This document shows, piece after piece, positions 23,952 through 32,000 of a stretch of 32,000 nucleotides of DNA. The notes below the pieces were generated by a model. It was not told where the DNA came from. It did no database searches and worked only from the letters and a program-made list of their open reading frames with translations. The position numbers and the translations under genes are program-made. Position 1 is the first letter of the stretch; every line of letters starts with the position of its first letter. This stretch comes from Microcystis aeruginosa NIES-843 (GTDB taxonomy: Bacteria > Cyanobacteriota > Cyanobacteriia > Cyanobacteriales > Microcystaceae): assembly GCF_000010625.1 (NCBI RefSeq), contig NC_010296.1, forward strand, positions 3,900,001 through 3,932,000, read 5' to 3'.

Positions 23952-26127
23952 TATAGCCCACATTCCGCACCCTCAACTGTCACATAATACCAAATTTCTA
24001 AATCCATGACAGACATCCACGCTCGAATGCTTGCCAAGCCGGTGTTCGTTGTGACGCGAATAAAGAAAAATGGTGTAAGCTGTCCCCCTCCAGAGACTTG
24101 AGTAAAAATACCTAGCTGGTGAAGGTTTTCTCGGTGGCCGCTAGGGGGGTCTTGAGACCCCTAATTATGAAAAAATAGGAATTGTTGGAAAACTGAGGCG
24201 AGTGGACTGTTCGACCATGAATCAATCAACAGAAATTGAAGTCAAAAATCTAGACCATCTGGGATTAGTAGCCGGAATTATCGATGAAATAGGAATCGTT
24301 GAAATTATCAACGAACAAGTCTCAATTGAGCGAGGAGAAATTGTCACAGCGGGGCAAGTAGTGAAAGCAATTATCCTGAATGGATTGGGATTTGTCTCCC
24401 GAGCCTTGTATTTATTTCCTCAATTTTTTGAAGATAAAGCAACCGAACATCTGCTGGGAGAGGGCATCGAACCCAAGCACTTGAATGATGATAAAATTGG
24501 TCGAGTAATGGACAAACTTTATCAACTGGATGTTTCGGGTATTTTCCTACTCATCAGTTTAGCCGCCGTGAAAAAATTTGGTGTAGCAACCGAGAACTCC
24601 CATTTAGATTCGACTTCTCTATCAGTAGAAGGAGAATATAAAAAGGAATACCCAACAGTAGAAATCCTGAAATCAGGAGCAGTGGGAGAAGAAATTGAAA
24701 CCAGACAACAGCCAATAAAAATTACCTACGGATACTCCCGCGACCGAAGACCTGACTTAAAACAATTTATGATTGACTTAATCGTAAGTGGGGATGGAGA
24801 TGTACCTTTATTCCTGAAAGTAGGGGACGGAAATGAAGCGGACAAAGCGGTTTTTGGTCAAATCGCCCGAGAATTTAAAAAACAAGTTGACTTTGACAGT
24901 TTAATAGTCGGCGATAGCGCCCTCTATAGCAAAGAGAATTTAAAACTAATGAAAGAAATGCGTTGGTTGTCTCGAGTACCATTAAGCATTAAAGAGGCTC
25001 AAGAGTTGGTTGATAGCATCTCAGAAAAAGAGTTAACCGATTCAGAAATACCGGGTTATTCCTGGCGGGAAACCATCTCTAACTATGGGGGGATAGAACA
25101 AAGATGGTTGCTAGTTGAAAGTCAAGCTAGACAAGAATCAGACTTGAAAAAATTAGAGAAAAAAATCGAGCAGGAAAAGAATTCTGCCCAAGAAAAAATC
25201 CGGCAACTATCCCGAAGAGAATTTGAGAATAGAGCGGTGGCGTTGGCGATAGCCAAAGGATTATCTGACTCCTTAAAATCTCATCAGTTAACGGAGATTA
25301 AAGTCAATCTCATTCCGCCTGAGTCCCAGGGGTCAAAACTCAAATCAAAAGACGATTTACCCTCTCAAAGCTATCAAGTTCAAGCCAAATTAGAGTTGAA
25401 TTTGACCGCCATTGAGAGGCTAAAGAAACGAGCAGGACGATTCGTTTTAGCAACTAACGATTTGGAGAAACAACGATTAAGCAGTGAGGATATACTCAAA
25501 AAATATAAAGGGCAACAAGCTCCGGAAAGAGGATTTTCTTTTCTCAAAGACCCCTGCTTTTTTGCCCACAGTGTCTTTCTCAAATCTCCCCATAGAATCG
25601 AGGTCATGGCCATGCTCATGGGCTTGTGCCTGCTGGTTTATACTATTGGTCAAAGACAACTTCGTTTAAGTTTAAAACAGCAGGAGACGGGACTGAAAAA
25701 TCCGTTGGGTAAGTTAACTGACCGACCGACGTTACGCTGGATATTTCAGTGCTTTCAAGGGATTCATCTCGTCCGTATTCAAGACAATCAAAAGATTAGC
25801 AACTTAACGGATGAGAGGCGCAACATTTTGAGATTTTTTCCCAAACCTTGCCAGGAATATTATCTCTTATCTTGACCAGATGGATTGACTTCAAGGGGTG
25901 ACAAAACAAAGCGAGCAACTGGAACATCTCCCCCTAGATGTTAAGTCTGATTGCCTAGTCATTCTCAACAAGCACTGTTTATTGAGAATGACCGGGGGAA
26001 CTCTGAAATTTTCGGCTTAGTTGCCGGCAGCTTGCCGCCAACTCACTCCTCTAGATAAGTATTTTGACTCACGCCCCTTCCTCTTTTGAGACGTTGTGAC
26101 ACTTAGGGTGCGGAATGTGGGTTATAG
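23952..26127 (+). mobile_element. IS4-superfamily (IS1634-like) insertion sequence
   Basis: Imperfect terminal inverted repeats TATAGCCCACATTCCGCACCCT (23953..) and AGGGTGCGGAATGTGGGTTATAG (..26127) flank a single transposase gene. I could not identify a target-site duplication. Confidence 0.8.
24202..25875 (+). CDS. IS1634/IS4-family DDE transposase
   Basis: 557 aa. N-terminal LDHLGLVAGIIDEIGIVEIIN (DUF4277-like), YGYSRDRRPDLKQF, GDSALYS, and a C-terminal YKGQQAPERGFSFLK (YREK-like) motif. The start may be the ATG at 24217. Confidence 0.88.
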   Translation: MDCSTMNQSTEIEVKNLDHLGLVAGIIDEIGIVEIINEQVSIERGEIVTAGQVVKAIILNGLGFVSRALYLFPQFFEDKATEHLLGEGIEPKHLNDDKIGRVMDKLYQLDVSGIFLLISLAAVKKFGVATENSHLDSTSLSVEGEYKKEYPTVEILKSGAVGEEIETRQQPIKITYGYSRDRRPDLKQFMIDLIVSGDGDVPLFLKVGDGNEADKAVFGQIAREFKKQVDFDSLIVGDSALYSKENLKLMKEMRWLSRVPLSIKEAQELVDSISEKELTDSEIPGYSWRETISNYGGIEQRWLLVESQARQESDLKKLEKKIEQEKNSAQEKIRQLSRREFENRAVALAIAKGLSDSLKSHQLTEIKVNLIPPESQGSKLKSKDDLPSQSYQVQAKLELNLTAIERLKKRAGRFVLATNDLEKQRLSSEDILKKYKGQQAPERGFSFLKDPCFFAHSVFLKSPHRIEVMAMLMGLCLLVYTIGQRQLRLSLKQQETGLKNPLGKLTDRPTLRWIFQCFQGIHLVRIQDNQKISNLTDERRNILRFFPKPCQEYYLLS

Positions 26128-26689
26128 CAAAACTTTTCAAAAAAAACAAGTGTTTTAGAATAGGGTGAGCCCATCTCAAACGCTATTGACCATTGACCAA
26201 TTTGGTCATCCCCTTGCTGTGTGGGCATTTCAAGCGATACCAGTCAATTAAAACAGTTAGGAACTCTTAACATTTGGTCGATTTTTGCTTAACAATTGAG
26301 ATGGCAAATTCTCCTCAAATATGCCTGAATCACCCTCTGGGTAAGCAACTCACATAAATCAAGTTCATTTTGTTAAGGATTGTTAAGATGCGCTTCGCTT
26401 ACCCTGTGTTTTAGAAAATTATGGCTCTTCGGGACTTGGTATGGTTCGATAGGGGGGCATAAATCGACTCAATCCTTATCTGGCAAGAGATTTAATTGAT
26501 TAGTTCGCTCTAGATCAAAAACAATTGACAAAAATCGCCAAATGTCTTTCTCTATAAGAGTTTCATTCCTTATAATCCTGTACGTTGCATAAGACAAACC
26601 GAAGAACCAAAATTATTTTTCGACAGTACCTAGGGTTTGCTGAAAAACTTTTTGCCGCAAACCCTACTTAAAAAAAATCTCTCAATTCT

Positions 26690-26718
26690 TTACAAAACTT
26701 AATCAAGAGAGGTACAAT
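26690..26718 (+). promoter_or_regulatory. Sigma70-type promoter candidate TTACAA-17 nt-TACAAT
   Basis: -35 at 26690..26695 and -10 at 26713..26718 with a 17-nt spacer. Followed by a perfect palindrome (26732..26752) and an SD-preceded small ORF. Confidence 0.4.
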
Positions 26719-27045
26719 GTATAAAACTTAACAGTTTTGACAGTCAAAACTGGAGTTCGATGGCAATCAACTCCCTAACGGGGAAAGCGGGGGGAAGGCA
26801 ATTCATCCCTACAGTAACTTCCTTTTGCTCCCACAAAAATGTCACCCCAAAACCCCCGGACAAACTCAGGTTTTAGAAAGACCAAAAATCCCGTTGAATA
26901 TCTCTATCTAAAGAGGTATGACTAATTTTCCTAAATCATCTATAGTTACCAGCGTAGGGCAATGGCAGTATAAAAGTGGACAACTGACTGTCTAAAGTTG
27001 GACGATTCTCTCTCGATAAATTTCTTTAATTAAAACTGGGTTAAG

Positions 27046-27221
27046 TTAAGTAGTCGGACATAAATTCTGTTCTCTATCTTAAGAAATGTAAATTGCCGCA
27101 ATTCTTACTGACTCCTGACTTAAAAGTGGCAAGTGGCAAGTGGGGAGAATACACAAAAGCTGTCTCCTGTCTCCTGTCTCCTAGCCCCACCAACAAACTT
27201 TTTGCCGCAAACCCTACTTAA
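27046..27221. repeat. MITE-like element with TTAAGTAG/CTACTTAA termini carrying three short STRR arrays
   Basis: Termini at 27046..27053 and 27214..27221. Internal (CTGACTC)x2, (GTGGCAA)x2 and (CTGTCTC)x3, plus the conserved tail CCCCACCAACAAACTTTTTGCCGCAAACCCTACTTAA. It ends 12 nt before the ATG at 27234. Confidence 0.6.
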
Positions 27222-27233
27222 CAGCTTATATAT

Positions 27234-27845
27234 ATGAATACCCTCATCACTATTCGAGAAGCTTCCGATTTACTCGGAGTTAGCATTAAAACCCTCCGGC
27301 GCTGGGAACAACAGGGTAAAATTGTCTCAATTCGTACCCGCGGCGGTCATCGCCGATTTCGACCGGAAGATCTCTTACAATCTGGTCAAGCAACCCCATT
27401 GATTATTGGCTATGCTCGTGTTAATCGACCTGAACAAAAACCCCAATTAGACACCCAGATAAAAGCGTTAGAAGAATTTTGCCATCAGCAGGGTCAACCC
27501 TTTGAAATTCTCACCGATATCGGCGACGGAGTCAGCCACAATCACCCTAATTTTATGCGTCTAGTGAAGATGATTTGTCAGGGTGAGGTGAAATCTCTAG
27601 TTTTAACCCATGCGGAAACTATTAGTCTCTTTTGTCATGATTTTATTTTGGGTTTGTGCCGTCTCTTCAAAATCCAAGTCATTATCCTCAATCAAACCCA
27701 GGAATCCATTGCAGATGAAGATTTAGTGGACGATCTGCAAGCCCTCATCACCATCTGTTACGATCATCTCTACCCACTACATAACCCGGCTCATCAGCAA
27801 TTACTAGAATACCTAGGGGCGTTTAAGGATGTCCGTGTGGCTTAA
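27234..27845 (+). CDS. MerR-type HTH + resolvase-fold protein (IS607 TnpA-like) lacking catalytic Ser/Arg residues
   Basis: 203 aa. The N-terminal IREASDLLGVSIKTLRRWEQQGKI..RTRGGHRRF is MerR/excisionase-like. GYARVNRPEQKPQLDTQI aligns with IS607 YARVSSxxQKxDLxRQ with Ser changed to Asn. THAETISLF sits where DRLxRF is expected. Confidence 0.7.
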   Translation: MNTLITIREASDLLGVSIKTLRRWEQQGKIVSIRTRGGHRRFRPEDLLQSGQATPLIIGYARVNRPEQKPQLDTQIKALEEFCHQQGQPFEILTDIGDGVSHNHPNFMRLVKMICQGEVKSLVLTHAETISLFCHDFILGLCRLFKIQVIILNQTQESIADEDLVDDLQALITICYDHLYPLHNPAHQQLLEYLGAFKDVRVA

Positions 27846-27954
27846 AATTATCCTTGGCCTGGGTTTCTTATCCCTCTTTGTTGGCTGTCTGATGCCGCCT
27901 CTACTGTTCCCCGAACCAGGGCCAAGAATAGTAATATTTGAGATGATAAAGAGA

Positions 27955-28091
27955 ATTTGATCCCCCCTTGCCCTAGGGTTGATTCAAGGTAGGGTTGATT
28001 CATGAATCAACCCTACCCCTTGCCCCCCTTAAAAAAGGGGGGAAAACCAGGAAAGTTCCCTTTTCCAAGCTGGATTGAGGGGGATCAAATT
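27955..28091. repeat. MITE-like element with 13-bp perfect terminal inverted repeats
   Basis: AATTTGATCCCCC (27955..27967) and GGGGGATCAAATT (28079..28091). Internal perfect palindrome GTAGGGTTGATTCATGAATCAACCCTAC. It lies 36 bp upstream of thiE. Confidence 0.75.
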
Positions 28092-28127
28092 GGCTGACGG
28101 CTATATTGACATCCACATTGACGGCAA

Positions 28128-29144
28128 ATGAAACTAGAAACCACGGCGATTAAACGGATTCTCGATGCTAACCTTGACCGCGCCAGAGAAGGACTGCGAA
28201 TTATCGAAGAATGGTGTCGTTTTGGCTTAGATAATCCCGATTTAGCCCAAGAATGTAAGGAAATGCGCCATCAATTAGCTAGTTGGCACTCGATCGATCT
28301 TAAACGACATCGGGACACGGCCGGCGATATCGGCAGGGATTTAAGCCATCCGAGGGAAGAAATCCGGGAGACTGTCGAGGGACTGCTGCAGGCCAATCTC
28401 GCTCGCGTACAGGAGGCTTTTAGGGTTTTAGAAGAATACGGTAAACTCTATGATCTGGAGCTAGGGATAGCCTGTAAACAGCTGCGCTATCGGGTTTATC
28501 AGCTAGAGAGTAAACTATTAATCTCGCCACCTCTGGAAAAACTGCAAGCATCTCCCCTCTATCTAGTCACTTCTCCTGCCGAAAATCTGCTAGAAATCGT
28601 CGAATTAGCCCTAAAAGGGGGGTTAAAATTGGTGCAGTACCGCCATAAAACCGCCGCTGATACCATTCGTTTAGAAGAAGCCGCTAAACTGTGTGAGTTA
28701 TGCCACCGTTACGATGCTTTGTTTATTATGAACGATCGCGTCGATATTGCTCAGGCCATTCATGCCGATGGTGTTCATCTCGGTCAACAGGATGTACCGA
28801 TTTCCCTAGCGCGGCAATTTCTCGGCCCAACGGCAATTATCGGCCGGTCCACCACTAATCCCCAAGAGATGGCCAAAGCAATCCAAGAAAAGGCCGATTA
28901 TGTGGGAGTCGGGCCGGTTTATGCCACCCCCACCAAAGCAGGAAAAACCCCGGCAGGATTGGAATATGTCCGTTATGCGCGGGAAAATTGCCCTTTACCC
29001 TGGTTTGCGATCGGTGGTATTGATAGTAGTAACATTAAAGAGGTTTTAGAGGCAGGAGCGCAACAGGTAGCTGTAGTCCGGGCCATCATGGAAGCGCAGC
29101 ACCCCGATGTGGTGACACAACAATTATTAGACCAATTAAAGTAG
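28128..29144 (+). CDS. thiE: Thiamine-phosphate synthase with ~125-aa N-terminal extension
   Basis: 338 aa. ThiE motifs LYLVT, VQYRHK, NDRVDIA, DGVHLGQQD, IGRSTT, ADYVGVGPVYATPTK, FAIGGI. Confidence 0.9.
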   Translation: MKLETTAIKRILDANLDRAREGLRIIEEWCRFGLDNPDLAQECKEMRHQLASWHSIDLKRHRDTAGDIGRDLSHPREEIRETVEGLLQANLARVQEAFRVLEEYGKLYDLELGIACKQLRYRVYQLESKLLISPPLEKLQASPLYLVTSPAENLLEIVELALKGGLKLVQYRHKTAADTIRLEEAAKLCELCHRYDALFIMNDRVDIAQAIHADGVHLGQQDVPISLARQFLGPTAIIGRSTTNPQEMAKAIQEKADYVGVGPVYATPTKAGKTPAGLEYVRYARENCPLPWFAIGGIDSSNIKEVLEAGAQQVAVVRAIMEAQHPDVVTQQLLDQLK

Positions 29145-29193
29145 GGTGTGGGTTGTAGGGTGTGGGGTGTAGGGTGTGGGGTGTAGGGTGTGG
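29141..29193. repeat. G-rich 14-nt (two-heptamer) array GTAGGGT/GTGGGGT, starting on the thiE stop codon
   Basis: Read directly. The TAG stop at 29142..29144 lies inside the first unit. Confidence 0.9.
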
Positions 29194-29212
29194 AAAGAAT
29201 AAATAAAAATAA

Positions 29213-29296
<84 letters not shown>

Positions 29297-29333
29297 AATA
29301 CTCCGATTAATTCATTTGTTCCTATCCAAATCC

Positions 29334-29543
29334 ATGTCAGAAATAACCTTGCAAATTAACGGCAAAACTCAAACCTGTTTACCCGCAACTAAACTACCGC
29401 AAATGTTAGAAAATTTGGGCATGAATCCTCGGTTAGTTGCGGTGGAATATAACGGGGAAATCCTCCATCGTCAGTATTGGGAAAACACGGAAATCAAGGA
29501 GGGGGATAAATTAGAAATTGTTACTATTGTCGGAGGGGGTTGA
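29334..29543 (+). CDS. thiS: Sulfur-carrier protein ThiS
   Basis: 69 aa from the ATG at 29334 (the ORF-track TTG at 29316 is possible). Ubiquitin-like fold pattern with EYNGEI, ending in the diagnostic C-terminal GG (..IVGGG). Confidence 0.85.
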   Translation: MSEITLQINGKTQTCLPATKLPQMLENLGMNPRLVAVEYNGEILHRQYWENTEIKEGDKLEIVTIVGGG

Positions 29544-29690
29544 CACTCCCATCGCTAAAAGCGAGGGATTCTTGGTTCACTGAGTTTCCTTAATCTGGCA
29601 GGACGTATCCAACCAAACCAGAGGGAATCTCTCCCCAAGCGTATTAGTTTCCGTGTGTCCCACGGTACTTAGTCCCTTTTTGAGAATGTT
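29519..29690 (-). ncRNA. Predicted omegaRNA of the type-2 element; the guide would be antisense to the last codons of thiS
   Basis: Hairpin CCCTCGC-TTTTA-GCGA(T)GGG plus tip AGTGTCAAC. The guide would be the complement of about 29519..29538. The 5' end is uncertain. Confidence 0.35.
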
Positions 29691-30981
29691 GATAGCGGCG
29701 TTAATATCTCTATCTTCTACATAGCCACAATGGGTACAAATATGGGTTCTCGTAGATAGAGATTTAGGGACTTTTTGACCACAATTAGAGCAATTTTGAC
29801 TCGTGTTATGGGGTGGTACTGCTACCGTAACCTTACCATATTTAAATCCAAAATATTCTAACCATTGTCGAAAAATAGACCAAGCCACATCATTAATAGA
29901 TTTAGCTAGTTTAGAGTTTTTTACCATGCCTTGAACATTTAAGTTTTCGTAAGCGATGAAATCGTTAGATTTAATGACGCGCAATGCCTCTTTTTCGACA
30001 AAGCCTTTACGTTGCCTACTTACTCTTAAATGCTTTCTAGCATACCTCTTTCTAGCCTTTTGGTAGTTGTTTGATTGGGGTTGACCTTTTCTAAACTTTT
30101 TAGATTTCTTCCGATTCAGTCGGTTTAATCTTTTTTCTGCTTGGCGATAGTATTGCGGTATTTCTACCGTTTCCCCATCACTATTAGCGTAGAAAACTTT
30201 TAAACCTACATCCAATCCTACACATCTTTTAGTCGGTTCTAGGGGTTTAGCATATTCCCGAATATCAACGCTTAGACAGAATTGGACATAATAACCATCT
30301 GCTCGTTTAACAATCCTAACTCGTTTAATTTGGTCTAGAGGGTAAAAGTTTAAGTCTCTGGTTCCTTTCAGTTTAACCGTGCCAATGTTTTTCTTATCTG
30401 TGAAAGTTATTTTCTTTCTATCATCAGATAGTTTCCACCCAGAGTTTTTATATTCCACAGAACGATTATTTTTCTGAAACTTGGGATAACCTTTTTTACC
30501 TTTAACCTTTTTCTTACAATTGTCATAGAAACGAGCAATAGCTGACCAAGCTCGTTCGGCCGATGCTTGTCTAGCAGTAGAATTTAGAGTATCGACAAAC
30601 TTGAACTGTTTGGCGAGAACTGCACAATATTTATTGAGAGAATATTTATCGATTTTGTCTTCTCTCTTGGCATCCATCCAAAGCCTTAATGCTTTGTTTC
30701 TGATGAATTGTACTGTACGAATAGCTTCATCAATGGCAGAACACTGACTTGGTTTGACCACGGCTTTCATTTCTAAGACAATCATTGTTTATCGACCTCA
30801 AACAACTTATTTTAAGTTAACCTGTAGAGCATCGGATTGTCAAGATTTTAGTTGACATCGAAGCTCTTACATCGAAGCCCCTCGAAATGTGTCGAAATGT
30901 GTCGAAATGTCGTGCTTCGCTGTTTTATACTGGTCGGGGTTTCATCCCGTCGCTAAGCGCGAGGGTCTTCACCCCGACATT
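29539..30981 (-). mobile_element. IS200/IS605-family TnpB-only element, type 2, full-length copy
   Basis: The RE tip GGGAGTGTCAAC (complement of 29539..29550) overlaps the thiS stop. The LE is homologous to the LE of the 9757..11221 element (AATGTCGGGGTGAAG..GGGATGAAACCCCGACC..GCGAAGCACGAC) and ends at about 30981. Confidence 0.75.
29577..30785 (-). CDS. tnpB: TnpB-family protein, type 2, intact
   Basis: 402 aa. VGLDVGLK, AYENLNVQGM and EDRDINAAINI motifs. CSNCG..CTHCG Zn ribbon. Confidence 0.9.
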   Translation of the reverse strand: MIVLEMKAVVKPSQCSAIDEAIRTVQFIRNKALRLWMDAKREDKIDKYSLNKYCAVLAKQFKFVDTLNSTARQASAERAWSAIARFYDNCKKKVKGKKGYPKFQKNNRSVEYKNSGWKLSDDRKKITFTDKKNIGTVKLKGTRDLNFYPLDQIKRVRIVKRADGYYVQFCLSVDIREYAKPLEPTKRCVGLDVGLKVFYANSDGETVEIPQYYRQAEKRLNRLNRKKSKKFRKGQPQSNNYQKARKRYARKHLRVSRQRKGFVEKEALRVIKSNDFIAYENLNVQGMVKNSKLAKSINDVAWSIFRQWLEYFGFKYGKVTVAVPPHNTSQNCSNCGQKVPKSLSTRTHICTHCGYVEDRDINAAINILKKGLSTVGHTETNTLGERFPLVWLDTSCQIKETQ

Positions 30982-31022
30982 CAAGATAAAATAATCAACA
31001 ATCGACACTTGAGGGAAAAAAC

Positions 31023-32000
31023 TTGTTAGTTATCGGTTTAATGAGTGGCACATCGGTGGATGGTATCGATACCGCTTTAGTGGAGATTAGCGGTACAGTG
31101 GAATCTCCACAGGTGCAGTTATTAGCTGGAGAAACCTATCCCTATTCCCCCCGATTACGCGAGACAATTTTACAAGTCTGTGGGGGAGAAAAGCTATCTA
31201 TTGAAGCTTTAGCCAGCTTAGATGATAACATCGCCGCAGAATTCGCCCAAGCCGCTTTAAATATCCAAAAAGAAGCCCCAAAAGCCCAATTAATCGGCAG
31301 TCACGGTCAAACCGTTTTTCATCGACCCCCCGCAAACGATCGCCTCGGTTACACGGTACAATTAGGACGGGGAGCAGCGATCGCAAAAATTACCCGTATT
31401 CCCACCATTAGTAATTTTCGCGCTGCCGATATCGCCCAAGCTGGTCACGGTGCGCCCCTAGTGCCGAAAATTGACGCTTATCTGCTTTCTCACCCCACTA
31501 AAACCCGCTGCGTCCAAAATATCGGCGGTATTGGCAATTTAACCTATCTACCCCCCCGACAAAGGGAAAATTGGCAGCAAAAAATTTTCGGTTGGGATAC
31601 TGGACCGGGCAACGTCCTCATCGATTTGGCCGTACAATTTTTGAGCCAAGGACAACAAACCTACGACCATAACGGTCAATGGTCGGCCCAGGGTCAACCC
31701 TGCTCCGAATTAGTTCATAAATGGCTACAGGAGCCTTATTTTCAACAATATCCCCCTAAATCCACTGGCAGAGAGTTATTTAGCCCCGCCTATCTAGCCC
31801 AATTGCGCGAGGATGCCCAAGCTTATTGCCTCAGTGATGCCGACTGGTTGGCTAGTTTAACCGATTTAACCGCCATTTCGATCGCCCACAGCTATCAAAC
31901 CTTTTTGCCAGAAATGCCCGCGGAAGTGCTGCTCTGCGGTGGTGGCGCTCGTAATGCCTACCTGCGCCAACGACTCCTAGCACATTTGGGGTCAAATGTC
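31023..32000 (+). CDS. anmK: Anhydro-N-acetylmuramic acid kinase (partial, runs off the window)
   Basis: The frame is open from 31023 to 32000 (326 codons) and is not in the ORF track. The N-terminus (L)[23 protein letters not shown], then [11 protein letters not shown]. There is an in-frame stop at 30987. The start is TTG 31023 (GAGGGA upstream) or ATG 31041. Confidence 0.85.
   Translation, partial: MLVIGLMSGTSVDGIDTALVEISGTVESPQVQLLAGETYPYSPRLRETILQVCGGEKLSIEALASLDDNIAAEFAQAALNIQKEAPKAQLIGSHGQTVFHRPPANDRLGYTVQLGRGAAIAKITRIPTISNFRAADIAQAGHGAPLVPKIDAYLLSHPTKTRCVQNIGGIGNLTYLPPRQRENWQQKIFGWDTGPGNVLIDLAVQFLSQGQQTYDHNGQWSAQGQPCSELVHKWLQEPYFQQYPPKSTGRELFSPAYLAQLREDAQAYCLSDADWLASLTDLTAISIAHSYQTFLPEMPAEVLLCGGGARNAYLRQRLLAHLGSNV

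Noticed and set aside
27846-28127. Possible TPP riboswitch upstream of thiE (also checked upstream of thiS, 29145..29333)
   Set aside because: I could not find the conserved CTGAGA ... ACCTGATCTGGATAATGCCAGCG-type core. The regions are occupied by a MITE and by heptamer arrays.
31198-31386. 62-aa minus-strand ORF
   Set aside because: It lies antisense within the well-supported anmK reading frame and has an arginine/leucine-rich, low-information sequence.

Overview
The window looks like a cyanobacterial chromosome. It has at least 7 perfect HIP1 sites (GCGATCGC) where about 0.5 are expected by chance, many heptamer STRR arrays, a PEP-CTERM protein, and DUF1350- and DUF4278-type genes. The style resembles Microcystis, but I cannot verify that without a database. 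Ordinary genes are present: S8 protease, CheY-like regulator, FIST protein, Uma2 nuclease, SemiSWEET, L,D-transpeptidase, three ABC-transporter genes, hisIE, a GT2 glycosyltransferase, thiE, thiS and partial anmK. They are interleaved with very dense mobile and repeat DNA. This includes five intact TnpB-only IS200/IS605-family elements of three subfamilies with no TnpA in the window, one IS4/IS1634-type IS, several MITE-like elements, and more than 10 tandem heptamer arrays. The best candidate for an undescribed system is a tightly packed minus-strand operon at 16987..20519. It encodes an MtrA-like/thymidylate-synthase-like/DUF4346-like fusion protein, a divergent dTMP-kinase paralog, and a flavoprotein-disulfide-reductase homolog that has lost its redox and cofactor motifs. 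The operon is bracketed by inverted copies of a repeat module anchored on stop codons. Other notable observations: (1) an inverted pair of 97%-identical TnpB elements whose left ends sit exactly on the start codons of two host genes; (2) tail-to-tail TnpB pairs with overlapping predicted omegaRNA guides; (3) a TnpB right end fused to the thiS stop codon; (4) a catalytically dead IS607-type recombinase homolog preceded by 1.1 kb without long ORFs that carries a strong promoter, a perfect palindrome and a small ORF; (5) a duplicated sRNA-like terminator module. All homology calls come from motif recognition by eye. No searches were run.
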